Shown: positions 1 to 10,394, counted from the stretch's first letter. The stretch: DNA of 54,125 nt from a virus (IMGVR_UViG_3300021373_002388:1-54125); one strand, 5' to 3'. Program-made: numbers and translations. The notes: generated by a model from the letters alone, not told the origin.

Positions 1-2
1 TG

Positions 3-737
3 TTTCTCAATGGTTCTGATGAGGGTAGGCAGATCGACACTCTGCGAACCAAGATAGCACCCTTTGCTAGCTCTTTCAGCTTTGAGAACAAGCCGAAGAT
101 TGTGATCATGGATGAGGCTGACTACAGCAATCCAGAGAGTGTACAGCCAGCCCTGAGAGCGTTCACCGAGAAGTTTTCAGACAATTGTCGATTCATCTTT
201 ACCTGTAACTACAGAAACAAACTCAATAAGAATCTGCGTAGCCGGTTCACTGAGATTGATTTCAGAACCAAGGCAAAAGAGCGCCCTGAATTATGTGCTC
301 AATTCCTGAAGAGGATGAAAGAAATACTTGATGCGGAGGGTGTGGAGTATAAGGAGAAGGTGCTGGCAGAATTGCTGATGCAGAACTTCCCAGACTTCCG
401 AAAGACCTTAGAAGTACTTCAGGAGTATGCTAGAACCGGTCCTATTGATGAAGGTGTGTTGGGGCATATTGCTAAGGCAGATACCAACAAGCTTGTCAAG
501 TGCCTTAAGGAAAAGAACTTTACAATGATGCGACAGTGGGTGGCAAACAACTCAGATACAGACTCACAGGTAATCTTTAGGCAAATTTATGATGCCTTGG
601 TCAACATAGTTGATACCGTCCCTCAGTTGGGATTGATTATTGCAGACTACCAATTCAAGGCAGCATTCGTAGCTGATCAGGAGATTAATATGATTGCATG
701 TTTAACCGAAATTATGAAAGGCATGAAATTCAAATGA
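3..737 (+). CDS. gp44: Clamp loader large subunit (T4 gp44-like), 5'-truncated by window edge
   Basis: Frame open from base 3 (FLNGSDEGR...); Walker B IMDEAD, sensor TCN, SRF arginine finger; followed by gp62 and regA as in T4-like phages. Confidence 0.95.
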   Translation, partial: FLNGSDEGRQIDTLRTKIAPFASSFSFENKPKIVIMDEADYSNPESVQPALRAFTEKFSDNCRFIFTCNYRNKLNKNLRSRFTEIDFRTKAKERPELCAQFLKRMKEILDAEGVEYKEKVLAELLMQNFPDFRKTLEVLQEYARTGPIDEGVLGHIAKADTNKLVKCLKEKNFTMMRQWVANNSDTDSQVIFRQIYDALVNIVDTVPQLGLIIADYQFKAAFVADQEINMIACLTEIMKGMKFK

Positions 738-1183
738 GCCTGTTTGGGGAACCAGTAAAACAGGAAATTGACGAGGCAGATTACAGGGAAAAAGCAGCTA
801 AAATAAGCCCGTTCGATTTCCTGAATTCGATAAACGAAACTAAAGAAGATTTGATGGTGGACGATAAGGCAGAGTCTCAGTACTCTCCTTACATAGTAAA
901 CCGTGGACTTAGTTTTAGTAAAGATACTGTGATGCTTGCTAATGCTATGAATCAAATGCATCATCTGGACAAAAAAATCCAGTACGATTTCCTACGTACA
1001 GCGGTAAGGAAAGCCAGAAGACGCCACAAGTGGATGAAATCTGAGGTAGAGAATATCGACACCGTGAAAAAATACTACGGCTACAGTACAGAAAAGGCTA
1101 AGAATGCCCTGAAGGTACTGAGACCAGAAGACCTAGCCAGTATGCAGACTTGGCTGGACCGGTCAAAAGGTGGTTCTTTATAA
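734..1183 (+). CDS. gp62: Clamp loader small subunit (T4 gp62-like)
   Basis: ATGA overlap with gp44 stop; YSPYIVNRGLS, ANAMN, QYDF, VKKYYGYS motifs; synteny. Confidence 0.9.
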   Translation: MSLFGEPVKQEIDEADYREKAAKISPFDFLNSINETKEDLMVDDKAESQYSPYIVNRGLSFSKDTVMLANAMNQMHHLDKKIQYDFLRTAVRKARRRHKWMKSEVENIDTVKKYYGYSTEKAKNALKVLRPEDLASMQTWLDRSKGGSL

Positions 1184-1186
1184 ATA
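1179..1186 (+). promoter_or_regulatory. T4-type late promoter TATAAATA
   Basis: Exact TATAAATA upstream of regA. Confidence 0.65.
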
Positions 1187-1219
1187 TAGATTTAATGTCT
1201 ATAATAATAAGGAACTGAC

Positions 1220-1639
1220 ATGAATGAAAGTGAGAATTTTTTTGGAATAGATTATCCTGATTACCAACCACTAGAAATTGTATTGCGAGACCCAGAGAAC
1301 TTTTTGAAGATCAAGGAAACCCTATCACGAATTGGGGTGGCTTCAAAAAGGGACAATACTCTTTACCAATCTTGCCACATCCTACATAAGAAGGGTCGCT
1401 ATTTTGTGACTCACTTTAAGGAACTTTTCGCACTGGATGGTAAGGGAACTGACATAACAGAGAACGATTTGCAACGCAGGAACACTATTGCAAAGCTTCT
1501 GGAAGAGTGGGACTTGCTGGAGATACTGGAAGGGGACCAACTGGAGACATGTCCAGTCAGTCAGATCAAAATAATCTCATACAAAGAAAAAGACAACTGG
1601 AATTTAGTACCGAAGTATAATATTGGCGTTAAAAAATAG
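1220..1639 (+). CDS. regA: Translational repressor RegA
   Basis: FLKIKETLSRIGVAS, LYQSCHILHKKGRYF, HFKELF, RRNTIAKLL, KYNIG hallmark motifs. Confidence 0.97.
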   Translation: MNESENFFGIDYPDYQPLEIVLRDPENFLKIKETLSRIGVASKRDNTLYQSCHILHKKGRYFVTHFKELFALDGKGTDITENDLQRRNTIAKLLEEWDLLEILEGDQLETCPVSQIKIISYKEKDNWNLVPKYNIGVKK

Positions 1640-1653
1640 AGACAACCTATATT

Positions 1654-2376
1654 ATGGAAAATGAACTGCCGAGAAAACTAAAGGGAGCAATCTTAACTTT
1701 TGGGCAGTTGCTGGTGATACCCACCATCATCCTACTATTCTTTTACCCACCTTCAATCTTTTGGATTGTCGCTACCATCTTTTTCTCATATGCATTTGGC
1801 GTATTGGGATGGGTCATTGGGCAGCACAGATATTTCACACACAGACAATTTAAGACCAGCCCTAGGGTAGAGAAGGTCTTAATGTTTTTTGCCGTGATGG
1901 GTACGTGGCAGAGCCCTGTAGAGTGGGTCAACAGCCACTGGGCACACCACAAACACTCAGATACGGAACTAGATGTACACAGTTATAAACATCTGGGCTG
2001 GAGGAACCTGTTCTTTTACTTCCACCAGACAGATGAACTAGCACCCTCTTTTGCGGGGCTCCGAATGTTGAAGTCTAATGCACATAGGTTTTTGATGAAC
2101 TTCAAGTACGCAATCATTTTATCGTATGTAGGGCTGGTATATACCATATTTGGTATGCCCGGACTGCTCTATCTGTGGCTGGTGCCTACCTCGTATGCCA
2201 TGCTGTCACAGATATCAATTGTAATGAATCATGTGGATGGTGAACCTAGGGACTGTTGGGTGACGGACCTGTTCACACTGGGAGAAGGCAACCATAAATA
2301 CCACCACGATAACCCGAAGGACTATAGTCGGGATTTTTATCTCACCCCAATTATAAATGTTTTGGAACGATTGTAA
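1654..2376 (+). CDS. Membrane fatty-acid desaturase (delta-9/DesC-like), auxiliary metabolic gene
   Basis: His boxes HRYFTH, HWAHHKHSD, GEGNHKYHH and hydrophobic segments. Confidence 0.88.
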   Translation: MENELPRKLKGAILTFGQLLVIPTIILLFFYPPSIFWIVATIFFSYAFGVLGWVIGQHRYFTHRQFKTSPRVEKVLMFFAVMGTWQSPVEWVNSHWAHHKHSDTELDVHSYKHLGWRNLFFYFHQTDELAPSFAGLRMLKSNAHRFLMNFKYAIILSYVGLVYTIFGMPGLLYLWLVPTSYAMLSQISIVMNHVDGEPRDCWVTDLFTLGEGNHKYHHDNPKDYSRDFYLTPIINVLERL

Positions 2377-2391
2377 AAAAAGGAATAGATT

Positions 2392-2727
2392 ATGGCAGCA
2401 GTAAGAATACTAAAACTGGTCACTGGAGAAGATGTGATTGGTGTTATCGATGAGACAGAGGTTGATGAAGGTAAGAAGGTAATCTCTGTTAAGGCACCCC
2501 ATTATATAATGATGAGAGCAACCGGGGAAGATCAGAATGAATTTACACTGGGCCTTACACCGTATGCCCCTTACGCAAAGAATTCAGTTATTGGTCTAAT
2601 ACCACGCCACGTAATCTCAGTATGTGACCCGAACGATGATTTGATGAAGGCTTATAAAAAACGGTTTGATCAGGGTGTTGTGCGATCAGATGAACCCAGT
2701 GTGAAACAAGTCTTGAAGGAGGGCTAA
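2392..2727 (+). CDS. Conserved T4-like hypothetical protein (Sm/LSm-like fold likely)
   Basis: N-terminal ILKLVTGEDVIG pattern common upstream of gp43 in aquatic T4-like phages. Confidence 0.6.
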   Translation: MAAVRILKLVTGEDVIGVIDETEVDEGKKVISVKAPHYIMMRATGEDQNEFTLGLTPYAPYAKNSVIGLIPRHVISVCDPNDDLMKAYKKRFDQGVVRSDEPSVKQVLKEG

Positions 2728-2758
2728 CCACACTAACTATATTATTGATTGAGGCGAT

Positions 2759-5290
2759 ATGACGAAGTTTTATACTTATGCGAAACACTACGGAAACTCT
2801 ATACTATTACGAACATGCGAAGACGGTAAGCGGAAAACTGAATGGGTAGATTTTTCACCCACCCTTTATATCCCAGCTAAGGCTGGTGACAGTACGCCAT
2901 ACAGAGGTATTGGTGGTGAGAAAATCACTCCTATACAGTTTGGTGATAACAAGACCGCTAAAGAATTTGTTGAGCAGTACGATGGTGTAGAAAACTTCCC
3001 CATATTCGGACAGACTCACTGGGGATACCAGTATTTGTCTGATACCTTTAAGGGGGAGGTTCCTTGGGACATTACCCAGATAAAAATCTATTCGACGGAT
3101 ATTGAGACCAGTGTGGAAAATGGTTTCCCTGATGTATTCAATCCGATTGAGCAGGTTCTGCTTATCACACTACAGGATTACTCTTCTAAAAAGATCAGGA
3201 CTTTTGGTCTAGGTCCATATGAAGCCACTGAACACACTTCCCACATGGATGTGGAATATACTGAGTGTTCCGATGAAAAGGATTTATTCAGACAGTTTGT
3301 TAGATATTGGGCGAACGACTACCCTGATATACTCACTGGTTGGAACAGCAAATTCTTTGACGTTTCATACATCATATCAAGAATTGAGAGAATCTTTGAA
3401 GAAGAGGAAGCGAAGGCTCTCAAGAAACTCATGTCACCTTTCGGGCTTGTTAGGGCTTATGAAAAAGAAATGGGTGGACGTATGTATAAGTCTTATGACA
3501 TGCAGGGGGTGTCCCAGTTGGACTACCTTGATGTTTATAAGAAGTTCACCTATGTAACCCGTGAGAGTTACAAGCTAGATCATATTGCAGAGGTTGAGTT
3601 GGGGCATAAGAAGTTGGATAACCCATACCCAACTTTCCGAGAATTCTACACAAAGGACTGGAATCTTTTTGTGGAATACAACATTGTGGATACTGCATTG
3701 GTCGATGGTCTTGAGGAAAAGCTGAAGCTGATCGAACTCTGCATCACCATGACCTACGATGCCAAGATGAACTTCGAGGATGTGTTCAGCCCTGTAAAGA
3801 CTTGGGACTGTCTTGTGTACAATGACCTGAGAGAAATCGATGTTGTTATTGGACAGCCAAAGGACCGACCAGAGAGACGCATACAGGGAGCCTATGTACA
3901 GGAACCGGTACCCGGTGCGTATGAGTGGGTAGAATCTTTTGATGCTACCTCTCTGTATCCATCTATATTGATGCAGTACAACATGAGCCCAGAGACGCTT
4001 GTAGAGGGTGACTCTTTTGATGTGTCCGTGGACGGTCTGTTGGAGTCACAGTATCAATTCAACACCCAGCATGCGATAGCTGGTAACGGTCATCTGTTCA
4101 AGCGTGATAAGCAGGGTCACTTCCCAAAGATTGTGCAGAAGTTCTTCGATGACCGACAGCGGTACAAGAAGCTGATGCTCAAGGCAAAGCAGGAACTAGA
4201 AGACCTTGAGAACAACAATGGTACAGTCGAGCAGATGCGATTGAAGCGTAACGATATAGCGAAGTATGACAACTTCCAGATGGCACGTAAGATTCAGTTG
4301 AACTCACTCTATGGTGCCATGGCGAACAAGTACTTCAGGTACTACGACTCTCGCATAGCCGAGGCGATTACTCTTTCGGGCCAATATATCATCAGGAAAG
4401 CGGCCCAAGGTTTAGATATGTTTTTGAACGATGTTTTAAAAACAAATGGGGAAGTTTACAGCTTTTACACGGATACCGACTCCTGTTATGTGACTCTTAA
4501 TGCACTAGTAGATAAGTTCTACGGTGATAAGCCCAAGGACAAGGTTGTGGATATATTGGACAAGATTGGTTCTGATCAGATTGAGCCATGTATCGCCCGA
4601 GCCATGACACAGCTTGCAAACTACACTAATGCGTTTGAGGAAAAGATATTCTTCAAACGTGAAGCAATTGCTGATCGGGCATTGTGGGTATCTAAGAAGA
4701 GATATGCCATGAATGTGTATGATAATGAGGGGGTTCGATATAAAGAGCCTGTATTGAAAATCATGGGGTTGGAGATTGTACGGTCATCCACACCAGCACC
4801 GGTACGTGCCAGTTTGAAGGAAGCAGTAAAACTGTGTTTGACCGGCACTGAGGAAGAGCTACACAAATTTGTTGCCGAGACAAAAAGGAAGTTTTACCAG
4901 ATGAACCCTGAAGACATTGCATTCCCACGGGGCTGTAATAATCTGGCTAAGTATTCTAGTCATACTACTATATATGGAACAAGAACCCCGATTCATGTCA
5001 GAGCCAGTTTGTTGTATAACTTCTATTTAAAGAAGAAGTCGCTGACTCAGACATATGAGCTAATTCAGGAAGGTGACAAGGTTAAGTTCCTATACTTAAA
5101 AGTGCCTAATACCATACATGAGGATGTTATTGGGTTTACGGGTAAAATGCCCGAAGAGTTTGATTTACACAAATACATAGATTTTGAGAAAAACTTTGAA
5201 AAGGCTTTTTTAGAGCCACTGGTGAATATTCTCAATTCACTGGGTTGGCACACTGAGCCACAAGCTACCTTAGAGGGGTTATTTGTATGA
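2759..5290 (+). CDS. gp43: Family B DNA polymerase (T4 gp43-like)
   Basis: Exo motifs DIET, GWNSKFFD, YNIVD; pol motifs FDATSLYPS, KIQLNSLYG, YTDTDS, KKRY. Confidence 0.98.
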   Translation: MTKFYTYAKHYGNSILLRTCEDGKRKTEWVDFSPTLYIPAKAGDSTPYRGIGGEKITPIQFGDNKTAKEFVEQYDGVENFPIFGQTHWGYQYLSDTFKGEVPWDITQIKIYSTDIETSVENGFPDVFNPIEQVLLITLQDYSSKKIRTFGLGPYEATEHTSHMDVEYTECSDEKDLFRQFVRYWANDYPDILTGWNSKFFDVSYIISRIERIFEEEEAKALKKLMSPFGLVRAYEKEMGGRMYKSYDMQGVSQLDYLDVYKKFTYVTRESYKLDHIAEVELGHKKLDNPYPTFREFYTKDWNLFVEYNIVDTALVDGLEEKLKLIELCITMTYDAKMNFEDVFSPVKTWDCLVYNDLREIDVVIGQPKDRPERRIQGAYVQEPVPGAYEWVESFDATSLYPSILMQYNMSPETLVEGDSFDVSVDGLLESQYQFNTQHAIAGNGHLFKRDKQGHFPKIVQKFFDDRQRYKKLMLKAKQELEDLENNNGTVEQMRLKRNDIAKYDNFQMARKIQLNSLYGAMANKYFRYYDSRIAEAITLSGQYIIRKAAQGLDMFLNDVLKTNGEVYSFYTDTDSCYVTLNALVDKFYGDKPKDKVVDILDKIGSDQIEPCIARAMTQLANYTNAFEEKIFFKREAIADRALWVSKKRYAMNVYDNEGVRYKEPVLKIMGLEIVRSSTPAPVRASLKEAVKLCLTGTEEELHKFVAETKRKFYQMNPEDIAFPRGCNNLAKYSSHTTIYGTRTPIHVRASLLYNFYLKKKSLTQTYELIQEGDKVKFLYLKVPNTIHEDVIGFTGKMPEEFDLHKYIDFEKNFEKAFLEPLVNILNSLGWHTEPQATLEGLFV

Positions 5291-6018
5291 AAATTTTGAT
5301 AGTTGGATTTGGGTTTGTTGGTACTGCCACAGATTATCTGTTCAGCGTTTCAGGGGGTCTTGATGTTAGGATTCATGACCCAATGAAGGGATTTGTCGCA
5401 GAGAAGGAACAATACGACTACATCTTTCTCTGTGTCCCAACTGATTTGGTCCACGGTAGGTTGGATATGACCATTCTTCATGACGCATGTAACGAGTGGA
5501 AAGACTATGGTCAAATTGTTATTAGAAGTACAATAGGACCAGATCAGGTACCCGAGTTTCCGAATGCTATTATGATGCCAGAGTTTCTTCGAGAAAAACA
5601 TTGGCGTGAAGATGTGGACAATCCATACATTCCTATTATTGTGAGTGACTACGTTCTTCACGGGCATCTTGATAGGGCTCTTCCAAATAAAACAATTTTG
5701 TATTTACCACCACAAACGGCTGCGTTTTTTAAGCTAGCTAGAAACAGTGCATTGGCAATGAAGGTCGCAGTGGCAAATGAGTTGTATGATATTTGCACTC
5801 ATCATGGCATCATTTATGATGACATTAGAGATTTGTTGGTGACTGATGTTGCGGTTGGTGGTACCCACTGGGATGTTCCGGGTCCAGATGGACAGCCGGG
5901 GTTTGGTGGTAAGTGTCTACCTAAAGACTTGACGCATACCGAGAAATTGTGTTATAATACGGACAATGTTTTTGAAACTGCTCTTAGATGTAATAAGCGC
6001 AGGAGACCTTTCGAATGA
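5287..6018 (+). CDS. UDP-glucose/GDP-mannose 6-dehydrogenase-like protein (short, lacks C-terminal domain)
   Basis: Rossmann GFGFVG, CVPT, IRST, PEFLRE, catalytic GFGGKCLPKD. Confidence 0.85.
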   Translation: MKILIVGFGFVGTATDYLFSVSGGLDVRIHDPMKGFVAEKEQYDYIFLCVPTDLVHGRLDMTILHDACNEWKDYGQIVIRSTIGPDQVPEFPNAIMMPEFLREKHWREDVDNPYIPIIVSDYVLHGHLDRALPNKTILYLPPQTAAFFKLARNSALAMKVAVANELYDICTHHGIIYDDIRDLLVTDVAVGGTHWDVPGPDGQPGFGGKCLPKDLTHTEKLCYNTDNVFETALRCNKRRRPFE

Positions 6019-6599
6019 GAGCATTAGTCCTTGGAAACGGTATAAGTAGATTAAATCGCTTATTACCACAAAATTGTGATGCAGTATGGGCATGTAATCT
6101 AGCATTTAAACACAATGTCCATGCCGACTACATTGTATCAACAGATGCCCACCGTCAACATGAAATTTGGATGAGCGGGTATGCTCAAGAGAAAAACTGC
6201 TTTTTTCTAGACTGGACCCCAATTCCCGCAAACAGAGAACTGCCAGATACCCTGAGAGATAGTGGGTTTAAAGTAATAGCTAATGAATATCGTGAAGGTA
6301 TGATGGTCATGAGCGGTTGGCAAAATACAATGTACGTAACATTTTTGGGTGAACAGCAGGGCCTTATCACGAACGTAAACATGCGCGAACTTCCGAGACG
6401 ATTTAGTTCGGGGGGGCTTGCCATGTGGTTAGCTGCAAAGACGGGGAATGATGAAATTCTACTGGCAGGTTTCGGTGATAAGAAACATGTCTATAGAGAG
6501 TACATAAGGGGCCCTGATGAACCACATATAGACCATTGGCAAAAAGAAAGAGATTTTATAATCAATCATTTTAAAGAAATTGAATGGAGATACATATGA
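6015..6599 (+). CDS. Hypothetical protein, possibly glycosyltransferase-like (GT29/Maf-like GNGxS fold)
   Basis: LVLGNGIS...CN...SSG..A...ILLAGF pattern; ATGA-coupled to both neighbours. Confidence 0.5.
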   Translation: MRALVLGNGISRLNRLLPQNCDAVWACNLAFKHNVHADYIVSTDAHRQHEIWMSGYAQEKNCFFLDWTPIPANRELPDTLRDSGFKVIANEYREGMMVMSGWQNTMYVTFLGEQQGLITNVNMRELPRRFSSGGLAMWLAAKTGNDEILLAGFGDKKHVYREYIRGPDEPHIDHWQKERDFIINHFKEIEWRYI

Positions 6600-7684
6600 G
6601 TTTGATAGATAAACTAACAAAGAACAGCACCGTAAAAGACACATCAGTACTCACTGAGTCTAAATTTTTTAACGCCAAAGACCTTATTCAAACAAGTGTA
6701 CCAGCACTTAACGTTGCTCTGAGCGGTCGTTTGGATGGTGGGCTAACTCCGGGCCTTACGGTTTTCGCTGGACCCTCAAAGCACTTTAAGACAGCTTTTT
6801 CATTACTGATGGCAAAGTCTTATCTGGACAAGTATGAAGATGCTGTTGTCCTTTTCTACGATTCAGAGTTTGGCACCCCACAGGATTATTTCACAACGTT
6901 TGGTATTGACACTGACCGAGTAATTCATACGCCAGTTACAGACATTGAGCAATTGAAGTTTGATTGTACCAAACAGCTTAAGGAAATCACTCGGGATGAC
7001 CGGGTAATTGTCATCGTTGATTCTGTTGGCAACCTTGCGAGTAAAAAGGAAGTAGAAGACGCTGAGAACGAAAAGAGTGTTGCTGACATGAGTCGAGCAA
7101 AAGCAATGAAGTCATTGTTCCGCATTGTCACCCCACACCTTACTTTAAAAGATATTCCTATGGTCGTGGTTAACCACACCTATAAGGAAATCTCTATGTA
7201 CCCGAAAGACATTGTTTCTGGTGGTACTGGGGTTTATTACTCAGCAGACAATATTTTCATCATTGGTCGGCAGCAGGATAAACCTAAAGATGAGGTTATC
7301 GGTTGGCACTTTATTATCAATGTTGAAAAGTCACGGTTTGTCCGCGAAAAATCCAAGATTCCACTTGAGGTTTCTTTCGAGGGCGGCATTAGCACTTGGT
7401 CTGGACTTTTAGACATGGCTCTAGATTCTGGTCATGTTATTAAGCCGGCCAATGGCTGGTACCAGAAAGTTGACATGGAAACAGGTGAAGAGATTGAAGG
7501 AAAGTTTCGTGCGAAGGATACCAATACAAAAGAGTTTTGGATTCCAATTCTTCAAGACAAAACTTTTGCCGAGTATATTGATAAGAGATACTCAATTTCA
7601 AATGTAGAGGGTATTGTAAATGATGACTTTTCTGAAGACGATTTGGCAGAGGCTTACGACTTGGCTGAAGCCTCCGAAGCCTGA
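6596..7684 (+). CDS. uvsX: RecA-like recombinase UvsX
   Basis: LNVALSG, Walker A AGPSKHFKT, FYDSEFG, IVDSVGNLASKKE, VEKSRFV. Confidence 0.97.
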   Translation: MSLIDKLTKNSTVKDTSVLTESKFFNAKDLIQTSVPALNVALSGRLDGGLTPGLTVFAGPSKHFKTAFSLLMAKSYLDKYEDAVVLFYDSEFGTPQDYFTTFGIDTDRVIHTPVTDIEQLKFDCTKQLKEITRDDRVIVIVDSVGNLASKKEVEDAENEKSVADMSRAKAMKSLFRIVTPHLTLKDIPMVVVNHTYKEISMYPKDIVSGGTGVYYSADNIFIIGRQQDKPKDEVIGWHFIINVEKSRFVREKSKIPLEVSFEGGISTWSGLLDMALDSGHVIKPANGWYQKVDMETGEEIEGKFRAKDTNTKEFWIPILQDKTFAEYIDKRYSISNVEGIVNDDFSEDDLAEAYDLAEASEA

Positions 7685-7838
7685 TAGGGTAGTAGGTGTC
7701 TGTGATTGCTGTGAGTCAGACATTATAGAAAACACTCCAGCCTTATGTTTTCATGACGATGACAATTCAATGTATCTTTGTGAAGTGTGTGTAGAAGAAG
7801 TGAGAAAGGAATTCATTAGACAAGAATATGCAAACTGA
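7620..7838 (+). CDS. Small Cys-rich hypothetical protein (possible Zn finger)
   Basis: CDCC...CEVC; fills the uvsX-gp41 gap; start uncertain. Confidence 0.5.
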   Translation: MMTFLKTIWQRLTTWLKPPKPDRVVGVCDCCESDIIENTPALCFHDDDNSMYLCEVCVEEVRKEFIRQEYAN

Positions 7839-9210
7839 AAATGTAGTAGTAGCAAATCTTCTGACCAATGAAGATTATTTCAGGAAGGTAATCCCTTACT
7901 TGGAACCAGAATACTTTACTGGCCCATATGCAGAAATGGTCGGTAAGATCAGAGAGTATTCTGATAAGTATGGTTCAATGCCTTCGCAAAAAGCACTGTC
8001 TATAATGATAGATGAATCCTCTCACATACATGAGGATGATGCGGCATTCATTAGTCAGTTCCTAGAGAACCCCTTGGAAAAAGAAGGGAATCTAGATTGG
8101 TTGGTGGATGAAACTGAAAAACACTGCAAACAAAAAGCAGTATTCAATGCCATTAAACAAAGCATTCAGATTATTGATGGCAGGGATGAAAACTATACCC
8201 CAGAAGCATTACCGGATATTCTTTCTCAGGCACTGAAGGTTGGTTTTGATACCAATATAGGTCACAACTATTTGAAGGATGCTGAAGCCCGATACGATTT
8301 TTATCATATTGTGGAAGAGCGTATTGAAACCGATATTGATATGCTCAACAGAATAACTAAGGGCGGTTTTCCACCTAAGAGTTTGAATGTTGCATTGGCA
8401 CCAACTGGTGTTGGTAAGACTCTTTTCATGTGTCACTTGGCTGCATACTGTTTGAGTGCTGGTTATAACGTTCTCTACGTTACCATGGAAATGGCTGAAG
8501 AAAGGATTGCTGAAAGAATCGATGCCAATCTGATGAACATACCACTATCAGAGCTTCCAGAATGCTCAAAAAATATGTTCTTGGACCGGGTTGGACAAAT
8601 CCAGAAAAAAACACAGGGTGAGTTGATCATCCGAGAATATCCAACTGCATCTGCACATGCTGGTCATATCAAGGCATTGATTGAAGAGCTTGAACTGAAG
8701 CAAGAGTTCAGACCACAGATTGTGTTTGTGGACTACTTGAATATCTGCACCAGCAGCAGATACAAAGCCGGTGGTGGTGCTAATAGCTACACAATCATTA
8801 AGTCCATTGCTGAAGAAATGCGTGGGGTTGCTGTAGAAAAAGCCTTACCATTTATAACAGCCACCCAGACTAACCGTGGTGGTTTTGATAACAGTGATAT
8901 TGATCTGACCGATACTTCAGAGTCTATGGGTCTACCGGCCACTGCAGACTTTTTCTTTGCACTGATCAGCACAGAAGAACTTCAGGAGCAGGGAATGATT
9001 TTGTTGAAACAACTGAAGAATCGTTACACGGATGTATCACGGAATAAGAGATTCATGATAGGCGTGGACCGTTCCAGAATGAAACTTCTCAATGTGGATA
9101 ACGCTGAAGAGGGGTTGGAAAGAGTCGCTGCCCCGGAAACAAATTCTGGTGGATTTGATATGACTCCATCGGGAGAACGAACCGGCGATTTTGATGGGTT
9201 TACTTTTTAG
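7828..9210 (+). CDS. gp41: Replicative DnaB-like helicase (T4 gp41-like)
   Basis: Walker A APTGVGKT, YVTMEMAEE, EYPT, VDYLNIC, ATQTNR, QLKNRY. Confidence 0.97.
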   Translation: MQTENVVVANLLTNEDYFRKVIPYLEPEYFTGPYAEMVGKIREYSDKYGSMPSQKALSIMIDESSHIHEDDAAFISQFLENPLEKEGNLDWLVDETEKHCKQKAVFNAIKQSIQIIDGRDENYTPEALPDILSQALKVGFDTNIGHNYLKDAEARYDFYHIVEERIETDIDMLNRITKGGFPPKSLNVALAPTGVGKTLFMCHLAAYCLSAGYNVLYVTMEMAEERIAERIDANLMNIPLSELPECSKNMFLDRVGQIQKKTQGELIIREYPTASAHAGHIKALIEELELKQEFRPQIVFVDYLNICTSSRYKAGGGANSYTIIKSIAEEMRGVAVEKALPFITATQTNRGGFDNSDIDLTDTSESMGLPATADFFFALISTEELQEQGMILLKQLKNRYTDVSRNKRFMIGVDRSRMKLLNVDNAEEGLERVAAPETNSGGFDMTPSGERTGDFDGFTF

Positions 9211-9214
9211 TCAG

Positions 9215-9222
9215 TATAAATA
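9215..9222 (+). promoter_or_regulatory. T4-type late promoter TATAAATA
   Basis: Exact consensus just upstream of GGAGG RBS and ATG 9241. Confidence 0.7.
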
Positions 9223-9240
9223 GTGGGGGAGGACCACATT

Positions 9241-9591
9241 ATGACTGACGAAACAATAAAAACAAAAACAGTTGAAGTTGAAAAAGAGGTTCTGAACCAA
9301 GATTTAAATGGTGATGGGAAGATCACTAAAGAAGAATATAATCTTGATCTGGAATTTAAGCGAAAGCGTTTAGAAGACGCAGACGCTATGCGTGATGCAC
9401 AACGAAAGATGGCATGGTTTGCCCTAGGCGGTATGCTGCTGTATCCGTTTGCGGTGGTGCTGGCTTCTCTGGCAGGATTAGAGACTGCATCTACTACTCT
9501 TGGTGATATGGCTGCTACTTATTTTGTATCAGTGGCTGCGATTGTGGCTGCGTTTTATGGAAAGACTGCGTTCGAAAACAGTAAACAATAA
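9241..9591 (+). CDS. Two-TM membrane protein with EF-hand-like loop (holin-like candidate)
   Basis: DLNGDGKITKEE loop then two hydrophobic helices; late promoter. Confidence 0.55.
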   Translation: MTDETIKTKTVEVEKEVLNQDLNGDGKITKEEYNLDLEFKRKRLEDADAMRDAQRKMAWFALGGMLLYPFAVVLASLAGLETASTTLGDMAATYFVSVAAIVAAFYGKTAFENSKQ

Positions 9592-9593
9592 TT

Positions 9594-10307
9594 ATGACTC
9601 ATATTTTTAATCGAGCCCCGGAGAATGACCGATTCGGGTTTTATGAAGAACTTTTCGGTGATCTAGAAGGTAAAACGGTTATGGATTTCGGGGGCAACTC
9701 TGGGAATCTTTTGCACTTTTCTGATGGGAAGATCAGGGAAGAAGATTATACTTGTGTTGATGTCGATTTGGAAGTCATGGAACAATCCATGATGGAATAT
9801 CCAATGGCTGAGTGGCTACATTATAACACCCACCATCCAGTGTATAATCCAACTGGTATTCGTTTTGCACCATTACCCCAGAGTAGACGAGAAACCTTTG
9901 ATTACATATTCTCGTACAGTGTTTTTTCTCATACGGATTTTAAAGAGTTGCATTATACTTTAAATAGAATGCGAGCAGTGTACAGTCCAACGGTAATGGC
10001 ACATAGTATCCAACTCACTTCAGATCATAAAATGGTTGAGTGGTATTATGATCGAAGGGTTGAGGAATATGGGCGCTGTGCGGATTTTCAGGAAGCGTTC
10101 GATGATTGTAAGGAGAGTGTTACTCTTGTAGATAACGATACTGTTTACGTGGATACCATGCAACTACCACTAAATACTTGTAAACACTTGGTGACTTTTT
10201 ACAAAAAGGACTGGTTGCTTTCTATGTTAAAATTTTATGGCTTTGATGTACAGCTAGTAAAGCCAACTGGATGTTATCAGACATACATTTTGATAAAAAG
10301 TGCTTGA
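9594..10307 (+). CDS. Class I SAM-dependent methyltransferase
   Basis: VMDFGGNSG motif I, CVDVD, FDYIFSYSVFSH. Confidence 0.8.
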   Translation: MTHIFNRAPENDRFGFYEELFGDLEGKTVMDFGGNSGNLLHFSDGKIREEDYTCVDVDLEVMEQSMMEYPMAEWLHYNTHHPVYNPTGIRFAPLPQSRRETFDYIFSYSVFSHTDFKELHYTLNRMRAVYSPTVMAHSIQLTSDHKMVEWYYDRRVEEYGRCADFQEAFDDCKESVTLVDNDTVYVDTMQLPLNTCKHLVTFYKKDWLLSMLKFYGFDVQLVKPTGCYQTYILIKSA

Positions 10308-10332
10308 CAACAGAATTTACATGTGATAGTAT
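10304..10332 (+). promoter_or_regulatory. sigma70-type early promoter
   Basis: TTGACA-N17-TAGTAT. Confidence 0.7.
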
Positions 10333-10394
10333 GTGTAATGAATATGCTCTAATTGAGTATATTGTTTTAACTTTAATATGATAAGGAGAAGATT

